NCBI RefSeq assembly: GCF_006345805.1
Contig: NC_042998.1
Span: 94,364,001-94,428,000, forward strand
Reading direction: 5' to 3'
Source of the DNA: Octopus sinensis
Lineage: Eukaryota
DNA: 64,000 bases
The notes beneath the pieces are model-generated. The model did no database searches. It worked only from the letters and a program-made list of their open reading frames with translations, and had not been told where the DNA came from. Every line of letters begins with the position of its first letter. Within the stretch, counting starts at the first letter, position 1. Positions 13,964 through 26,779 of this stretch are shown here, piece after piece. The translations under genes and the position numbers were made by a program.

Positions 13964-14175
13964 CAAGGGAGTGTTGAAAAGTTCCTGGCTTTTAGGGTAC
14001 CATGAAAGGTCTATTTAGAGGCCCAACCTTTTGACTTGTTTTACCGGGCTTAGATAAATTGTAGGACTGCTGCAATAACTGTGTGAATCTGAGAGGGAAA
14101 TATGTTGAATAAAATCATAACTGATCTTCCTGTATTTTGTTTTGCCCAAAGCCAGAACTTTTCAGCATCTCCTTG
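13964..14175. mobile_element. Mariner-derived MITE
   Basis: TIRs CAAGGGAGTGTTGAAAAGTTCCTGGCTTT and AAAGCCAGAACTTTTCAGCATCTCCTTG|TA, with no ORF between them. Confidence 0.8.
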
Positions 14176-14214
14176 TATATAAATATATTACAAAACATTG
14201 TCGCATATATATAG

Positions 14215-14510
14215 GTGCAGGAGTGGCTGTGTGGTAAGCAGCTTGCTTACCGACCACATGGTTCCAGGTTCAGTCCCATTGCATGGCACCTTGGACAAGT
14301 GTCTTCTACTACAGCCTCGAGGTGACCAAGGCCTTGTGAGTGAATTTGGCAGACAGAAACTGAAAGAAGCTTGTCATATATATGGTGTGTGTGTGCATGT
14401 GTGTGTGTGCATGTGTGTGTGTGCATGTGTGTGTGTCTGTGTTTATCCCCCATCATCACTTGACAACCAGTAGTTCAGCAAAAAAGACTGATAGAATAAG
14501 TACTAGGCTT
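14215..14510 (+). mobile_element. tRNA-derived SINE, major family, 3'-truncated
   Basis: GCAGGAGTGGCTGTGTGGTAAGCAGCTTGC head and conserved body. Confidence 0.85.
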
Positions 14511-14732
14511 ACGTGCTGATTTTTACGTGCCACCTGCACAAGAGCCAGTCCAGCGGCACTGGCAATGACCTCACTCAAATGTTTTTCATGTGCCACCACC
14601 ACAAGTGCCAGTAAGGCAATGCTGGTAACAATTACGTTTAAGCAAAGTACTTAGTTATAAAATCTCAAGAACAGATAGAGTATTAATGTATACTAAACAG
14701 TAAAGCGAGTCGCAACATCAAAATGGCAGATA

Positions 14733-15050
14733 AATGCTACTACTAATTTAACCCCAGGCAGATTCTCCACCAGCTGGTTTTTGGTGCAAGCTCTGCACTC
14801 TTTATATACAATACATCACTAGCAGGAGGAGTGAACCCCTATTACCATCCAACAGCTGACAGGATCACAAGACCAGCTGGTTTCGAGCTATTTAGCTCAC
14901 ATCAGCCATGCGCACCTGCGCAATGAAGTGTAGCTAAGATCCGCTTAGTAGGGGTTTACTCCCTCTACAAGTGATGTATAAAGGGTGCAGAGCTTGTTCT
15001 GAAAACCAGCTGGCAGAGAATCCGCCTGGGGTTAAACTAATAGTAACATT
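14733..15050. repeat. Inverted repeat (arms about 14733-14843 and 14948-15050), probable Penelope pLTR fold-back
   Basis: TTAACCCCAGGCAGATTCTC is complementary to GAGAATCCGCCTGGGGTTAA. A hammerhead motif lies in the spacer. Confidence 0.85.
14866..14910 (-). ncRNA. Minimal type I hammerhead ribozyme motif (A9U variant)
   Basis: CAUGG CUGAUGU GAGCU-AAAU-AGCUC GAAAC CAGCUG GUC^UUGUG. Perfect 5 bp stem II and palindromic ACCAGCUGGU stem III region; stem I relies on wobble pairs. Confidence 0.65.
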
Positions 15051-15265
15051 CAGCTGCAAGATCAGTTATGATTTTATTCAACATATTTCCCTCTTAGATT
15101 CACACACTTATTGCAGCAGTCCTGCAATTTATCTAAGCCCTGTTAAAGAATTCAAATGTTTGGGCCTCCAACCAGACCTTTCATGATACTCTTAAAGCCA
15201 GGAACTTTTCAACACTCCCTTGAGTGTGTATATATACATATACATACAAACATACTCACTTTATT

Positions 15266-15300
<35 letters not shown>

Positions 15301-15313
<13 letters not shown>

Positions 15314-15857
15314 AGAGATAGTAGACCCCTACATCTCACCAAATAAAAAGAATTTTTATTTTTATTTTAAATACCTACTGTTTTATTACTTGGCAACACG
15401 CGTTTCATGAGGTATATCCTCGGGTTCCTAAACCACTCCGTGTTTCCCTGGAACCCCTCTCAAGATGCCGCCCCAATCATCAGGCCCTTATATAACTTTA
15501 TCAACGTTCAATACTATAAACTATATAACCCTTAAGTATGTGTAAAATAGGTATGTTTAAATTAGCGAAACTAATTTAAACATACCCAATTTAAACATAC
15601 CTATTTTACACATACTTAAGGGTTTTAAAAAATTAAAACATAGTTTATTGTATTGAACGTTGATAAAGTTATAAGGGCCTGATGTTTGGGGCGGCATCCT
15701 GAGAGGGGTTCCAGGGAAACACGGAATGGTTTAGGAACCCGAGGATGTACCTCATGAAACATATGTTGCCAATAAAACAGTAGGTATTTAAAATTAAAAT
15801 TTTTTTTTTTTTATTTGGTGAGATGTAGGGGTCTACTACCTCTAAATTAAAATATAT
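15301..15857. repeat. About 555 bp near-perfect palindrome, probable Penelope pLTR fold-back
   Basis: Arms meet at the hairpin GTATGTTTAAATTAG-CGAAA-CTAATTTAAACATAC (loop 15566-15570). The left end abuts (TA)n. Confidence 0.92.
15392..15486 (-). ncRNA. Hammerhead motif with extended stem II (left arm); mirror copy at 15676-15770 on +
   Basis: GGC CUGAUGA U UGGGG...CCUCA U GAAAC GCGU GUU^GCC. The right-arm copy has CUGAUGU and the palindrome AACAUAUGUU. Confidence 0.6.
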
Positions 15858-15920
15858 TTCTTCATTGGGAATAATTTGAACCTCTGTTATGCCGGAATTT
15901 TTATTCCCTAAAAAATAATA

Positions 15921-15971
<51 letters not shown>

Positions 15972-16999
15972 GTATTTTATATAAATCTATATTATTTGGC
16001 TTTGGTGTAGTGATACTAATAACCTGTTGTTAGAACTCAGTATACATATGCTTCAGAACAAAGCATTAGTCGAGTACAGAGCAGTCATAAGAAATTAAAA
16101 TGACAACAGAATAAAAATTATGCCATGCATTGCATCTTTAGCAGAAACAGCTGTAAGCTAATGAAGCTCATGACATTTCTTCCTGTCATTTTAATGTCTT
16201 GTATATATATATATATATATATTCTCTCTCTCTCTCTCTTTCTCCACCTCCCTCCCTCTCTCTCTCTCTGTCTATATATATATATATATATATAAGGCAA
16301 TCTTGAACCTCGACATGGAGGCTATGCTGGAACACAGCAGTGTGTTCCATTCGCCTTGTCATGATTTTTCATAAGGATTTGTGGAGCATAAAAGCACTAT
16401 AATATCATTGATAGATGAGAACCGTCTGCTACAGTTACTGAACTGCCAGATCATCTGATTTCTCCCTGCTACATTTTTCTCAGTGACAGATGTCCGGCAC
16501 CTCCATAACAGCCAAATCTCCGGTCAAAGATACATAGAATTGCGGCATCTATTCAGGCACAGATATCTCAAATAGCTAGTAGGCCTAATAAAAAGTAACT
16601 AATAGCTACAGAAGCAGCACTAATACCTTTAATTTGTCCAGTGTTACTAAAATAAAGAAACTGTGAAGTATTGGGGTCAATGTAATCAACTAACCTCCAC
16701 CCCTTAAAATTTCTGGTTTTCTGTTTAAATCAAAACCATTATTAGACAAAGCAGATGCAGGAGTGATTGTGTGGAGCTGCAGGTGTGACTGTATGGTAAG
16801 AAGTTTGCTTTCCAACCGCATGGTTCCTGATTCAATCTAACTGCATTACATCTTGGACAAGTGTCTTCTACAATAGCTTCAGGCCAACCAATGGAAACTG
16901 AAAAAATCCCCTCATGTGTATATGTCTGTGCATGCGTGTGTATGTGTGTGTGTGTGCATGTGTGTACATATATATACATACACACACATACACATATAT

Positions 17000-17245
17000 A
17001 TAAACATCATTTGAGCGTGGGCGATGTCAGTACCGTCTGACTGGCCCTCATGCCGGTGGAACGTAAAAGCACCCACTACACTCTCAGAGTGGTTGGCGTT
17101 AGGAAGGGCATCCAGCTGTAGAAACTCTGCCAGATCAGACTGGAGCCTGGTACAGCCATCTGGCTCACCAGTCCTCAGTCAAACCGTCCAACCTATGCCA
17201 GCATGGAAAGCGGACGTTAAACGATGATGATGATGATGATGATAT
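17000..17245 (+). mobile_element. RTE-type 3' UTR/tail fragment
   Basis: TGCCGGTGGAACGTAAAAGCACCCACTACACTCTC...GCATGGAAAGCGGACGTTAAACGATGATG. A major-family SINE head precedes it at about 16760-16930. Confidence 0.8.
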
Positions 17246-17560
17246 ATATATATATATATATACACTTTCTCCTCATCCACCTCACCCTCTTGTGCTGTCT
17301 TGTTCCTCCCCACCACTACGAAACTCTATAAAATGATTAAAATTCCCCAAAAAGGAATTATTTTGATTTGAAAACTCCACTAGAATGGGAGAAAGCGCTA
17401 ATGATCTAAATGATATGATATATATGTAAAAAATGTAATATATAAATAAATATCTGTAAATATAAACCATCCGATCTTCTGATTACATCATTTCTTCTAA
17501 TATATAATACCTTACATCATCTCCAAACCTTCCAATATTATATATATATACATCACACAC

Positions 17561-17592
<32 letters not shown>

Positions 17593-17774
17593 ATTATTAT
17601 ATATATTATTATAATATATAATAATATATAGTTATGATAGATTCTGTTAAGAATGTAGTAGAGTACAATAAATTGTCCACTTCAGATTTACCTTGTGCTA
17701 TCCAGTAATAGTATTATATGTACTTCTATGTTTATGTTCGGGCATCTGCTGTGTGTGAATATATAATTGAAACA

Positions 17775-17812
<38 letters not shown>

Positions 17813-17903
17813 TGTATGTATGTATGTATGTATGTATGTATATAGTAGAATAATAAAAAAGGATCTTGGTAGAGTATAATATATTTGAAGAAATGAGTAG
17901 CAA

Positions 17904-18290
17904 TGGCTTTTGAGGGTTAATTTTTATTTTAATGATAATGTTTCCAGTTACTCTAATGAGTTTCAAGCTTTTCGATAGCTGTTTTCAAACTAAAATTCTG
18001 TCATTTAGAAGGTTGTATTTTTCATACATGCTGTTGTATTTACTTTTTGTGTTCTTTTATTATTTTTTTCTTTTATCTTTTATATTAGTTTTTATATTCT
18101 TTTTTTTTCTATCTTTTACCTCCTATTTTTATTTTTTATTTGTATACTTGTATGAAAAGATATGTTGCTTTATAAGCAACCTTCTAAACTACAGAATTTC
18201 AGTTTGAAAATGGCTATTGAAAGACTCAAAACTCATTAGAGTAACTGGAAACAGTATCATTAAAATATAAATTATCCCCCCAAAAGCCAT
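17904..18290. repeat. Inverted repeat (arms about 130-140 bp, T-rich spacer)
   Basis: TTTCCAGTTACTCTAATGAGTTT is complementary to AAACTCATTAGAGTAACTGGAAA. Confidence 0.85.
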
Positions 18291-18379
18291 CTCTATGCAT
18301 TTTTTCAAATATATAAATATATATATATGAGATCTAATTAATAAGTATCCAGCCTGTTGCCATAGTAACAAAGCTAAAG

Positions 18380-18910
18380 CACACAGAGTGAAGCCTGTTT
18401 GGCACAGATTAACCTTAAACTCTGCTGTGCATGTGCACTAAGTTTTAACATTCTAGTTCACTTCGGCTGTTTACAACAGTGCTTGGAAGGAAGGTGTGTA
18501 GTGTGTGATCGCATTGACCATGACATAGCAAGTTGTCATGGTGATGCCTGCTCAGAGGCCTACACAAAGTTACAGAAAGTGTATGAGCCACACACACGTG
18601 TACGAGTGGGTCAGATGTTTCCAAGATGACCGAAAAATGTCAATATTAACAAATGTTCTGGGAGACCCACAACCAGCAGAACTGAGAAAAACATTGCAGC
18701 TGTGAAGGGAAATTGTCAAATCAGCATCTGTGAGTTATCAGAGGATGTGCAGATTAATTACAATTCAGTTCAGTCCATTATAACTGAAGATTTGGGTATG
18801 AGATGCATGCCTACCAAGTTTGTGCCAAAACTGTTATCAGACACTTTGGTTTCAGTTGCACAAGATCTCTTTGATTGTGACGAGAATGATGAAAACGTTT
18901 TGAAAACTTT
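18380..18910 (+). pseudogene. Mariner transposase N-terminal (HTH) fragment
   Basis: Broken frames give WVRCFQDD..SGRPTTSRTEKNI and ICELSEDVQINYNSVQSIITEDLGMRCMPTKFVPKLL. Confidence 0.75.
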
Positions 18911-19367
18911 GCATAGACATCTGAGCAGGTCTATGTAAGCTTTTGGTAAAATTTGATGCAGATTCTCTGCTCAACTTTCTCTGTAATGGTCAATTCAATA
19001 ATCACACTCGACACACCTTCCTTCCAAGCATTACTGTAAACATTGGAAATAAGCTAGAATGTTAAAACTTTGTGTGCATGCACAGCAGAATTCAAGGTCA
19101 ATCTGTGCTATGGATCTTCATTCTACATACTTTAGCATTGTTGCTATGACAACAGTCCAGATACTTATTGATCAGACCACATATACATATATATATATAT
19201 ATAAAAAAGAAAAATGTGTAAAAACGCACAGGATGTTTGTATAATAAAATTAATGCTAATATTAAGATCATAATAGAACAAAGAGTTGTATTACAACATT
19301 ATATAATAAACTGGGAGTACCAGTTTTGTGTCTTATGCTTATCAAACTTCCAAGGTCTCAGATTTCA

Positions 19368-19398
<31 letters not shown>

Positions 19399-19439
19399 TA
19401 TAGATATGTATATGTTATAATATATATATATATAAGATT

Positions 19440-19645
19440 CGAGTTGCCAGTACCACCTGACTGGCACATAAAAGCACCCACTACACTCTCGGAGTGGTTG
19501 GCGTTAGGAAGGGCATCCAGCTGTAGAAACTCTGCTAGATCAAGACTGAAGCCTGGTGCAGCCATCTGGTTTGCCAGCCCTCAGCCACTCGTCCAACCCA
19601 TGCTAGCATGGAAAGCAGATGTAAATGATGATGATGATGATGATG
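19440..19645 (+). mobile_element. RTE-type 3' tail fragment
   Basis: Same tail as 17000-17245, ending in (GAT)n. Confidence 0.8.
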
Positions 19646-19677
19646 TATGTATATATAGTATATATATATATATATAT

Positions 19678-19718
<41 letters not shown>

Positions 19719-19993
19719 TACAAAAACTTACAAGTGCTTGAACATGTTAGAATTTTACACACAAGAAAGTAAATTTTGAGTACAGTATAGCTGTGAGAAC
19801 AGCTGAAAAATATTGGGTATTTACCTTTAGAAGATGGAAAAAGTTGCTAGGAGGTGGCTATGGGGAATTGAACACTGTATCCCTCAGATACTGGCTGAGT
19901 GATCTGTATTATCAAGCTAAGCAACCCCTGACATTCAATCCCCCATACCCACCAGCTGACAACTTTTTTCCATCTTCTTAGTATATATATATA

Positions 19994-21544
19994 CTAGCAG
20001 CATAGCCTGGTGTTGCCCAGGTATGTAAGAAACTTTGTCGATAAACAATGCCCTTTACCTTTTTACCCATTTTGTACTCATTGAACCGTTATTTTGTAAA
20101 ATGAAGCCTAAAAGGCATTGAGGCATTCAAGGCACCGTTCCCGTGCATGCATGAAGAAAATCTATGACAGTCAAAGTGCATTTTCTGGTTTTGTTTAGCA
20201 CACCCAACCCAGTTACGTGGGGTATCCCAAAATGTATAAAAATGTACAAAAACGGAAAAAAAGCGGGCAGCAATGTGAGTGACAACAACAAAAGAGCGAA
20301 AAGTGACCAAACTGAGCAAACGAATGGAAAAGGTTTTTTGGTGCACACAACAAAAGCGGTTTATAATAAACCAAGAGTTTGCAAGTAGCGTCCGAGGACC
20401 CTTAGGGTACGTCAAAAATTTAAAGTAAAACGTTTGGGGTGGTATTTATAAAGAAAGTTTAAACAAAAAAAGTATTTGAATAACTTGTGGCTGCAGCAGC
20501 GATTAGCAGAAGTAGGTCAACGTGTGAAGCGAGCGGTTGTGAACCGAGAGAAGAAGTGGGAGTCACAAACTATATGCACACAACTGAGTGTGTCAGTGCA
20601 TGTGATTGGCCAAAGGGTGTTTAATTGGGAGCATTGTTCACCATTTGGGAAGCCAATGGGAAGAGCTGTAATCATCGTGTCAAGGACACGCGCGCACGTG
20701 CGCACACAACAGCAAACGCATCTACAGCCCAACATTGCTCGGATTTGAAGCAAAAGGAAAACATATGCCATTTCTAGTAACCTTTATGATAAAAGTAGCA
20801 AAAATCGACTAAATCGCCTGAAATCCGCCAACTATTTAACAAAAGTCAGTTTTGTAGGGTTCGCATGGTCGGTCTCAAAGAGATATGGTTTTGTCGATTT
20901 CTCCCAATACTTGTTAACTGCATTGACAAAAGGTCGTTAGTTTGACATTTAATGCAAACTTGATGTCCAACATCGGTGTAGGGAAAATCTATGTGAACTT
21001 TCAAAAAATATCGCAGAAAAATCGGTTTGCTATGTGTGCCACATATGATGTAATTAACCGATTTTTTCCTGTAATAACATATCCTATTGGAATCAAAAGG
21101 GCTGTATAGCTCCTTGGAGCAGACATGATGCTCGCTGTGAATTTCAAAGAAAATTCCTGCCAATTTGTTAAAGATATTGCCGAAAATATGTCATCTTGAA
21201 TTTGAACGCGATTTCCCAAAATGGCATGATTTTGTCGATTTTTTTCTGATGGTAAGGTATTGCATGGTAAACTAACGTCAGAATTAAGTTCCTTAGGGTA
21301 ACATCTAGCTTCACCATGAGTTTGGTGAAAATCGATTGCAAGTTGTGAAAACTACAATGGAAAATGTGTTGCATATGATAAGCTTAGATTCTCGACCCCA
21401 TGTCGAATTTATCGATTTTTTTCAGAACTGGGGGTACTTTTCAAAATTTTCGCTGCGTGTGTGTCAAGTTTCATCAGAATCAGTTGAAAGCCATGGTCAG
21501 GGTGAGGTTACAACCTGACAGACACACAGACAAACAAACTGTCT

Positions 21545-21550
<6 letters not shown>
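19994..21550 (-). mobile_element. Non-autonomous Helitron
   Basis: Minus-strand 3' end CCTGGGCAACACCAGG hairpin followed by CTATGCTG-CTAG|T. About 530 bp of the 5' end (21018-21545) is homologous to 27280-27838. Confidence 0.8.
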
Positions 21551-21597
<47 letters not shown>

Positions 21598-22047
21598 GTA
21601 TATGTATACATTGAAAAATTGTTACTGATCAAAACAATTTGAGGAAGAGAAGAAACAAAATTAAAATTGTACAGAGAATATATTAAACTTTATTAGAATT
21701 TTATTTATATCTTAAAATACAGGAATACACTTTATTAGTTTCAGATTAGATTTTCAAAAGTATATAGTGTTTGGAACTGTATTGTGAATTATGACCATTC
21801 TAGTTGTTGTTATAAAAATAATATTTATATATATTTTGTAGATAGGATTTAAACCCAAGTTGGGCCCTCTTAAAGCAGCATTCCAGTATTCTAAATCTAT
21901 ATGTATTGTTTGAATTTCTATCTGAAGAATTCCTAATAATAATAATAATAATATTTCTCCAACATGTACTATTTCGTAATTTTTATTAGCAAATAAGTTA
22001 AGCAAAATGGTAAATAAATAATACCTGAAATTTTTCAAATCTTCTGC

Positions 22048-22092
<45 letters not shown>

Positions 22093-22150
22093 TGTGTGTG
22101 TGTGTGTGTGCGTGCGTGTGTGTGTGTGTGCACGCGCGCGTTGCGTGCGT

Positions 22151-22190
<40 letters not shown>

Positions 22191-22827
22191 TGTGTCTTTG
22201 TGTCTTTGTGTATATCTTTGTTCCCCATCACTTGATAGCTGATGATGGTACATTTACATAACTTAAAGGCTCAGCAAAAGAGACTGATAGAAAAAGTATT
22301 ACGCATTAAAAAAAGTACTGTGGTTGATTTGTTCAAGTAAACCCTTCAACGTGGCGCCCCAGCACCCAGCATGGCCACAGTCTAATGAATGAAACAAGTA
22401 AAAAATAACAGACAAAGAAAAAGAAGGTAAGCTTCAACTAAGTGGGCCATGCATATGATGAGGATTCTGATGGTAAAACAAACAGATCAGCATCAACTTG
22501 TTTATGTTTTGCTTCATTACTTTCCTTATCAGGCATCCATTTGTACCTGGCATGTGGTACATTGTGCACCAGTTCAGGTTACAGTGTTAGAAGGAAAGAG
22601 TACAGTAGACACTGAACAAACTGTTAACTGTTGGAAAGAATTCTTTCTGCCAGTTGTTCATTAACAATGATTCTCTCTTTTTTCTTTTATTACTGTTATT
22701 CTAATCCTGGTGAAAAAAAGATCACAGCAGCTTGAATCTACAAGAGATGGTATTCAGTTTAAGTAAACTAAATATATATCTTACATATATATATATATAT
22801 ATATATTGCTCTGCATATATATATAAT

Positions 22828-23257
22828 CAAAATAAGCAACAAGGATATCCAGAGGTAATGTAGTACGATCGTTTCATGCAACTCCATTTAATTGAACAAT
22901 GCAACCATTACATCAATTTAAAATGCACAGCAATCTTCAGCTGCACAAAGACATAGAATTTAATTAAATTAGAACAGAGTTTAATTTAATTTAATTTTAT
23001 TTTATTTTATTTTATTTAAATTAGAACAGAGTAACTTCTATACTGGAGTAAGAACAACATGTTCTTTGTCTATTTCCTTACCTTCTTGGAGATTTTAGGT
23101 AAAATTATACTGTTCTAATTTAATTAAAATCTGTTTTTGTGCAGATGAATATTGCTCTGCATTTTAAATTGATGTAATGATTGCTTTGTTAAATTAAATG
23201 GAGTTGCATGAAATGATTGTACTGCATTATCTCTGGATATCCTTGTTGCTTATTTTG
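22828..23257. repeat. Inverted repeat (arms about 22828-22980 and 23107-23257), probable Penelope pLTR fold-back
   Basis: CAAAATAAGCAACAAGGATATCCAGAG is complementary to CTCTGGATATCCTTGTTGCTTATTTTG. (TA)n lies at the left end. Confidence 0.9.
22858..22946 (-). ncRNA. Hammerhead motif with extended stem II (left arm); mirror copy at 23139-23227 on +
   Basis: GUGCAG CUGAAGA U UGC...GCA U GAAAC GAUC GUA^CUACAU, with perfect palindrome ACGAUCGU. The right arm has a fully paired stem I (GUGCAG/CUGCAU). Confidence 0.75.
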
Positions 23258-23514
23258 TGATTGAACTTAAAGTGAAAACAATAGTATCTGAAAAATGAAA
23301 GTGAAAACAATAGAGAGTGAGTGAAATATAGAGAGGTGGGGAGAGAGAGAGGGAACTAGCTAGCTAGACAAATAAGATAGATATTGATAGATGACAGATA
23401 GATAGATAGATAGATAGGTAGATAGATAGATATAGGGCTAGAGATGGATATAGAGAGATAGAGATAGATAGAGAAAGATGGATAGAGATATAGCTAGAGA
23501 TATTGACATCACAG

Positions 23515-23835
23515 ACGCTAGATAACCGGGAGTAAATATTTTTTTAAACTTTCAAAGATGTGAATCTAATACAAAAAGCAATATTTTTTATTTTATGATT
23601 TGTACGGGAGACGATCAATTTCTGAAAGTTACTTCGCATAGAGTTACCTCCCTTCTCCACGTAGCCCAGAAACGGGTATTTTCTGCCCCCAGGGGGTCCA
23701 TTACACATGTGAAAAATTTTAAGAGTTTAAAACCATCCCTGGAACATAAGTAATGTATATTCCCAGTTTAGAGAAAATCAGTTGAAAAATATAGCCGTTA
23801 TAATCTTTTACACACACACACAGACAGAATCAGAT
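23515..23835 (-). mobile_element. Possible short Helitron-like non-autonomous element
   Basis: The minus-strand start TCTGTCTGTGTGTG...TTCAACTGATTTTCTCTAAAC resembles the Helitron 5' ends here. CTAG is present near 23517 but no clean hairpin. Confidence 0.3.
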
Positions 23836-23842
23836 TTATATA

Positions 23843-24700
23843 TAGGGCACGATGGGTAAATTGGCGCCATTTTATATTTTTAATTTCACACATGCACATT
23901 GTTTGATTTTGATTTTGTCTCACTACACAGTATAGTAGGGTCAGTTGGTTACTGTCTGTGAAAAAAACAGCACTATGATGCAATTCACTCTGCCAGAAAT
24001 ATGGAAACAACATGCTGTATTGCTTGGCATTTGTGCCAGAAGCTCCAATATGAACATTTCAGAGTTTTTGGGTGTCAATCTGAGGACATGAAATAAGAGT
24101 GATAAAAATCAAACATTCAGTCAACATCATGGTGTTTGGAGTGATTACTAGTGATGGTGGTGTTATGATTCCATTCATTTTCCCACACAGCCTCAGACTC
24201 AACACAGGGGCCTACATCAAGTTCCTAGAGGAGGTAGTGCTGCCCTAGGTCAAGAGGGTGGCTGCTGGAACACCCTTTGTCTGGAAACAGGACTCATAAG
24301 CAGGAGAACACAGTGATGGCTGTCAGACAATTTCTGCAACCAAATCTCTCCTAACATCTGGCCACCTAACTCCCCAGACTGCACCCCCTTCATTATTATG
24401 TGTTGTGTGCTGTTAAACAAGAGACCAACAAAACTCCTTGTAGCACCAAAGATGAACTGAAGGCAAGGATTATGGCAGCATTCACCAACTTAAACAAGGA
24501 GAATGTCCAGAAAAGCTGCAGAAAAATCTGATTGGCTGGAGGTCATGGTCAAAGCCAATGGTGATTTTATTGAATAAATTTACTGTTTAGTATTTCAAGA
24601 TATTTCAATGTAACTTTGGTAAATATATCTGTTAAAATGAGATTTAAGTGTTATTTTCATTTTTGTATAATTTAGATGACCGTTTATTTATCACACCCTG
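23843..24700 (+). mobile_element. Internally deleted Tc1/mariner-superfamily transposon (maT/DD37D-like C-terminus)
   Basis: Degenerate TIRs TA|TAGGG.. and ..CACCCTG|TA. Frames give NIMVFGVITSDG...IWPPNSPDCTPLHYYV...KDELKARIMAAF. Confidence 0.8.
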
Positions 24701-24931
24701 TATATATCATCATCATCATCTTGTGTTTTAAATTCGGGTTTTGTACCCATTAATGGCGGTGGCCAGATCTACCTCAATGCCATAGCATATATATATAGAC
24801 ACAAACACACACACACACAAAAACATTCACATATTTTTTATACATATATGTGTATATGTATATATGTGAGTGTGTGTGCATATGTGTATGTACATCCACA
24901 TGTATGTAGACAGACAGACAGACAGACAGAC

Positions 24932-25009
<78 letters not shown>

Positions 25010-25420
25010 ATAGACAAACAAACCAAGAAATAAACATATACATGACACACACATAATTAAATATACACTTATATATTTTAAAGTACTCTCAAGTTAATAA
25101 ATTTGCCTGTGTCCTTTTGTGAGTCTTCTCATTAGGACGATATACTGCTAACTAAGTGAAATTATTCATCAATCTTAATTATTGCTTGTTAGCATTAGTA
25201 AGTTAGTGAGCTAGTAAGAAGTAGAAGTTAGGGAGTGCACTCTTGGAGACAGTGAGATGTGAAGCTTTGGTGACTATTTGGAGTAGTCTGGAATCAGCCA
25301 GGTCAGATGTTCAGTGGAAATGAATATGGTAGAAATAGACAGTGGGAGAACTTATAGTGCTGGTCGAGTGTTGGCAGTCTCTTGTTTGTGATATATGGTA
25401 GTGCTTGTGAACAGTGATGG

Positions 25421-26415
25421 TATCATCATCATCATCATCATTGTTTAGCGTCCGTTTTCCATGCTAGCATGGGTTGGACGGTTCTACTGGGGTCTGTGAA
25501 GCCAGAAGGCTTCATCAGGCCCAGTCAAATCTGGCAGTGTTCTACGGCTGGATGCCCTTCCTAACGCCAACACTCCGTGAGTGTAGGGTGCTTTTTACGT
25601 GCCACCCGCACTGGTGCCAGACAGAGATGGCAAACGGCCACGAACGGTGTGCTTTTTATGTGCCACCGGCACGAGGGCCAGGCGAGGCTGGCAACGGACA
25701 CGAAACGGGCGGTGGTGGCAACGGTCGCGAAACGGAAAGTTCTCTTACATGCCACCGGCACTGGTAACACATCTGCAATTTCCATTGATCGATTTCGATT
25801 CTGATCGTCACTTGCCTCAACGGGTCTTCACAAGCAGAGTTTTGACATGCCACCGGCACTGGTAGCACATCCGCAATTTCCATTGATCGATTTCGATTCT
25901 GATCCTCACTTGCTCATCACGTCTTCACAAGTAGATTTTGTGTCCCAAGAAGGGAAGGTATGCATACGTAGGCTGGCTCCATCCCATGTAGAAGGCCACG
26001 GGTTATGGACTGACTTGTCCTGCTGGGCGGGTCTTCTCGCGCACAAGCACACTTCCAGAGGTCTCGGTCTCTAGTCATTTCCTCAGTGAGACCTAAAGTT
26101 CGAAGGTCGTGATTCACCACCTCGTCCAGGTTTTCTGGGTCTGCCTCTTCCACAGGTTCCCTCAACCGCTAGGGTGTGGCACTTTTTCACAACAACTATC
26201 TTCATCATTCTCGCCAAATGACCATACCAGTGCAAACGTCTCTCTTGCACACCACAGCTGATGCTTTCTTAGGTCCAGTTTCTCTCTCAGGTACTTACAC
26301 TCTGCCGAGGGTGAGTACCGGCATTACACATCCATCGAAGCATACTGGCTTCATTTCTAGCGAGCTTACGCATATCCTCAGCAGTCACGGCCCATGTTTC
26401 ACTGCCATATTTAAA
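25421..26415 (-). mobile_element. 5'-truncated RTE LINE (ORF C-terminus, repetitive 3' UTR and (GAT)n tail)
   Basis: KYGSETWAVTAEDMRKLARNEASMLRWMC and DEVVNHDLRTLGLTEEMTRDRDLWK; the UTR carries TGCCGGTGGCA subrepeats. Confidence 0.9.
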
Positions 26416-26606
26416 TATATACAAGAGTGTATATATGCACGAATACATATATACCCACAGGGATATGTGTGTGAGTGTGTATATGTATATATGCATGTAT
26501 ATGGAAAGAGAAAGAAAATGAAAGTGAAAGACACAGGAAGAGGCCAGACTGATAGATGTATATTTGGGTTTGTGTATGTAGATGTATATAAGTAGTGTGT
26601 GTAAAC

Positions 26607-26638
<32 letters not shown>

Positions 26639-26779
26639 TGTGTGTGTATAAAACTTGTGTGTATATGCTTCAACCAAAGATTGGTCCAGGCCATGTCTAA
26701 CTTAATATGTATTTCTATAAAATATATATATATATATATATATAGATAAGAAAGTTGTTTGGTAAAGCACGTGGGTGAA

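Noticed and set aside
16140-16180. GAAACAGCTGTA palindromic stem III with a downstream CTAATGA
   Set aside because: There is no upstream core, and no room for stem I in a permuted topology.
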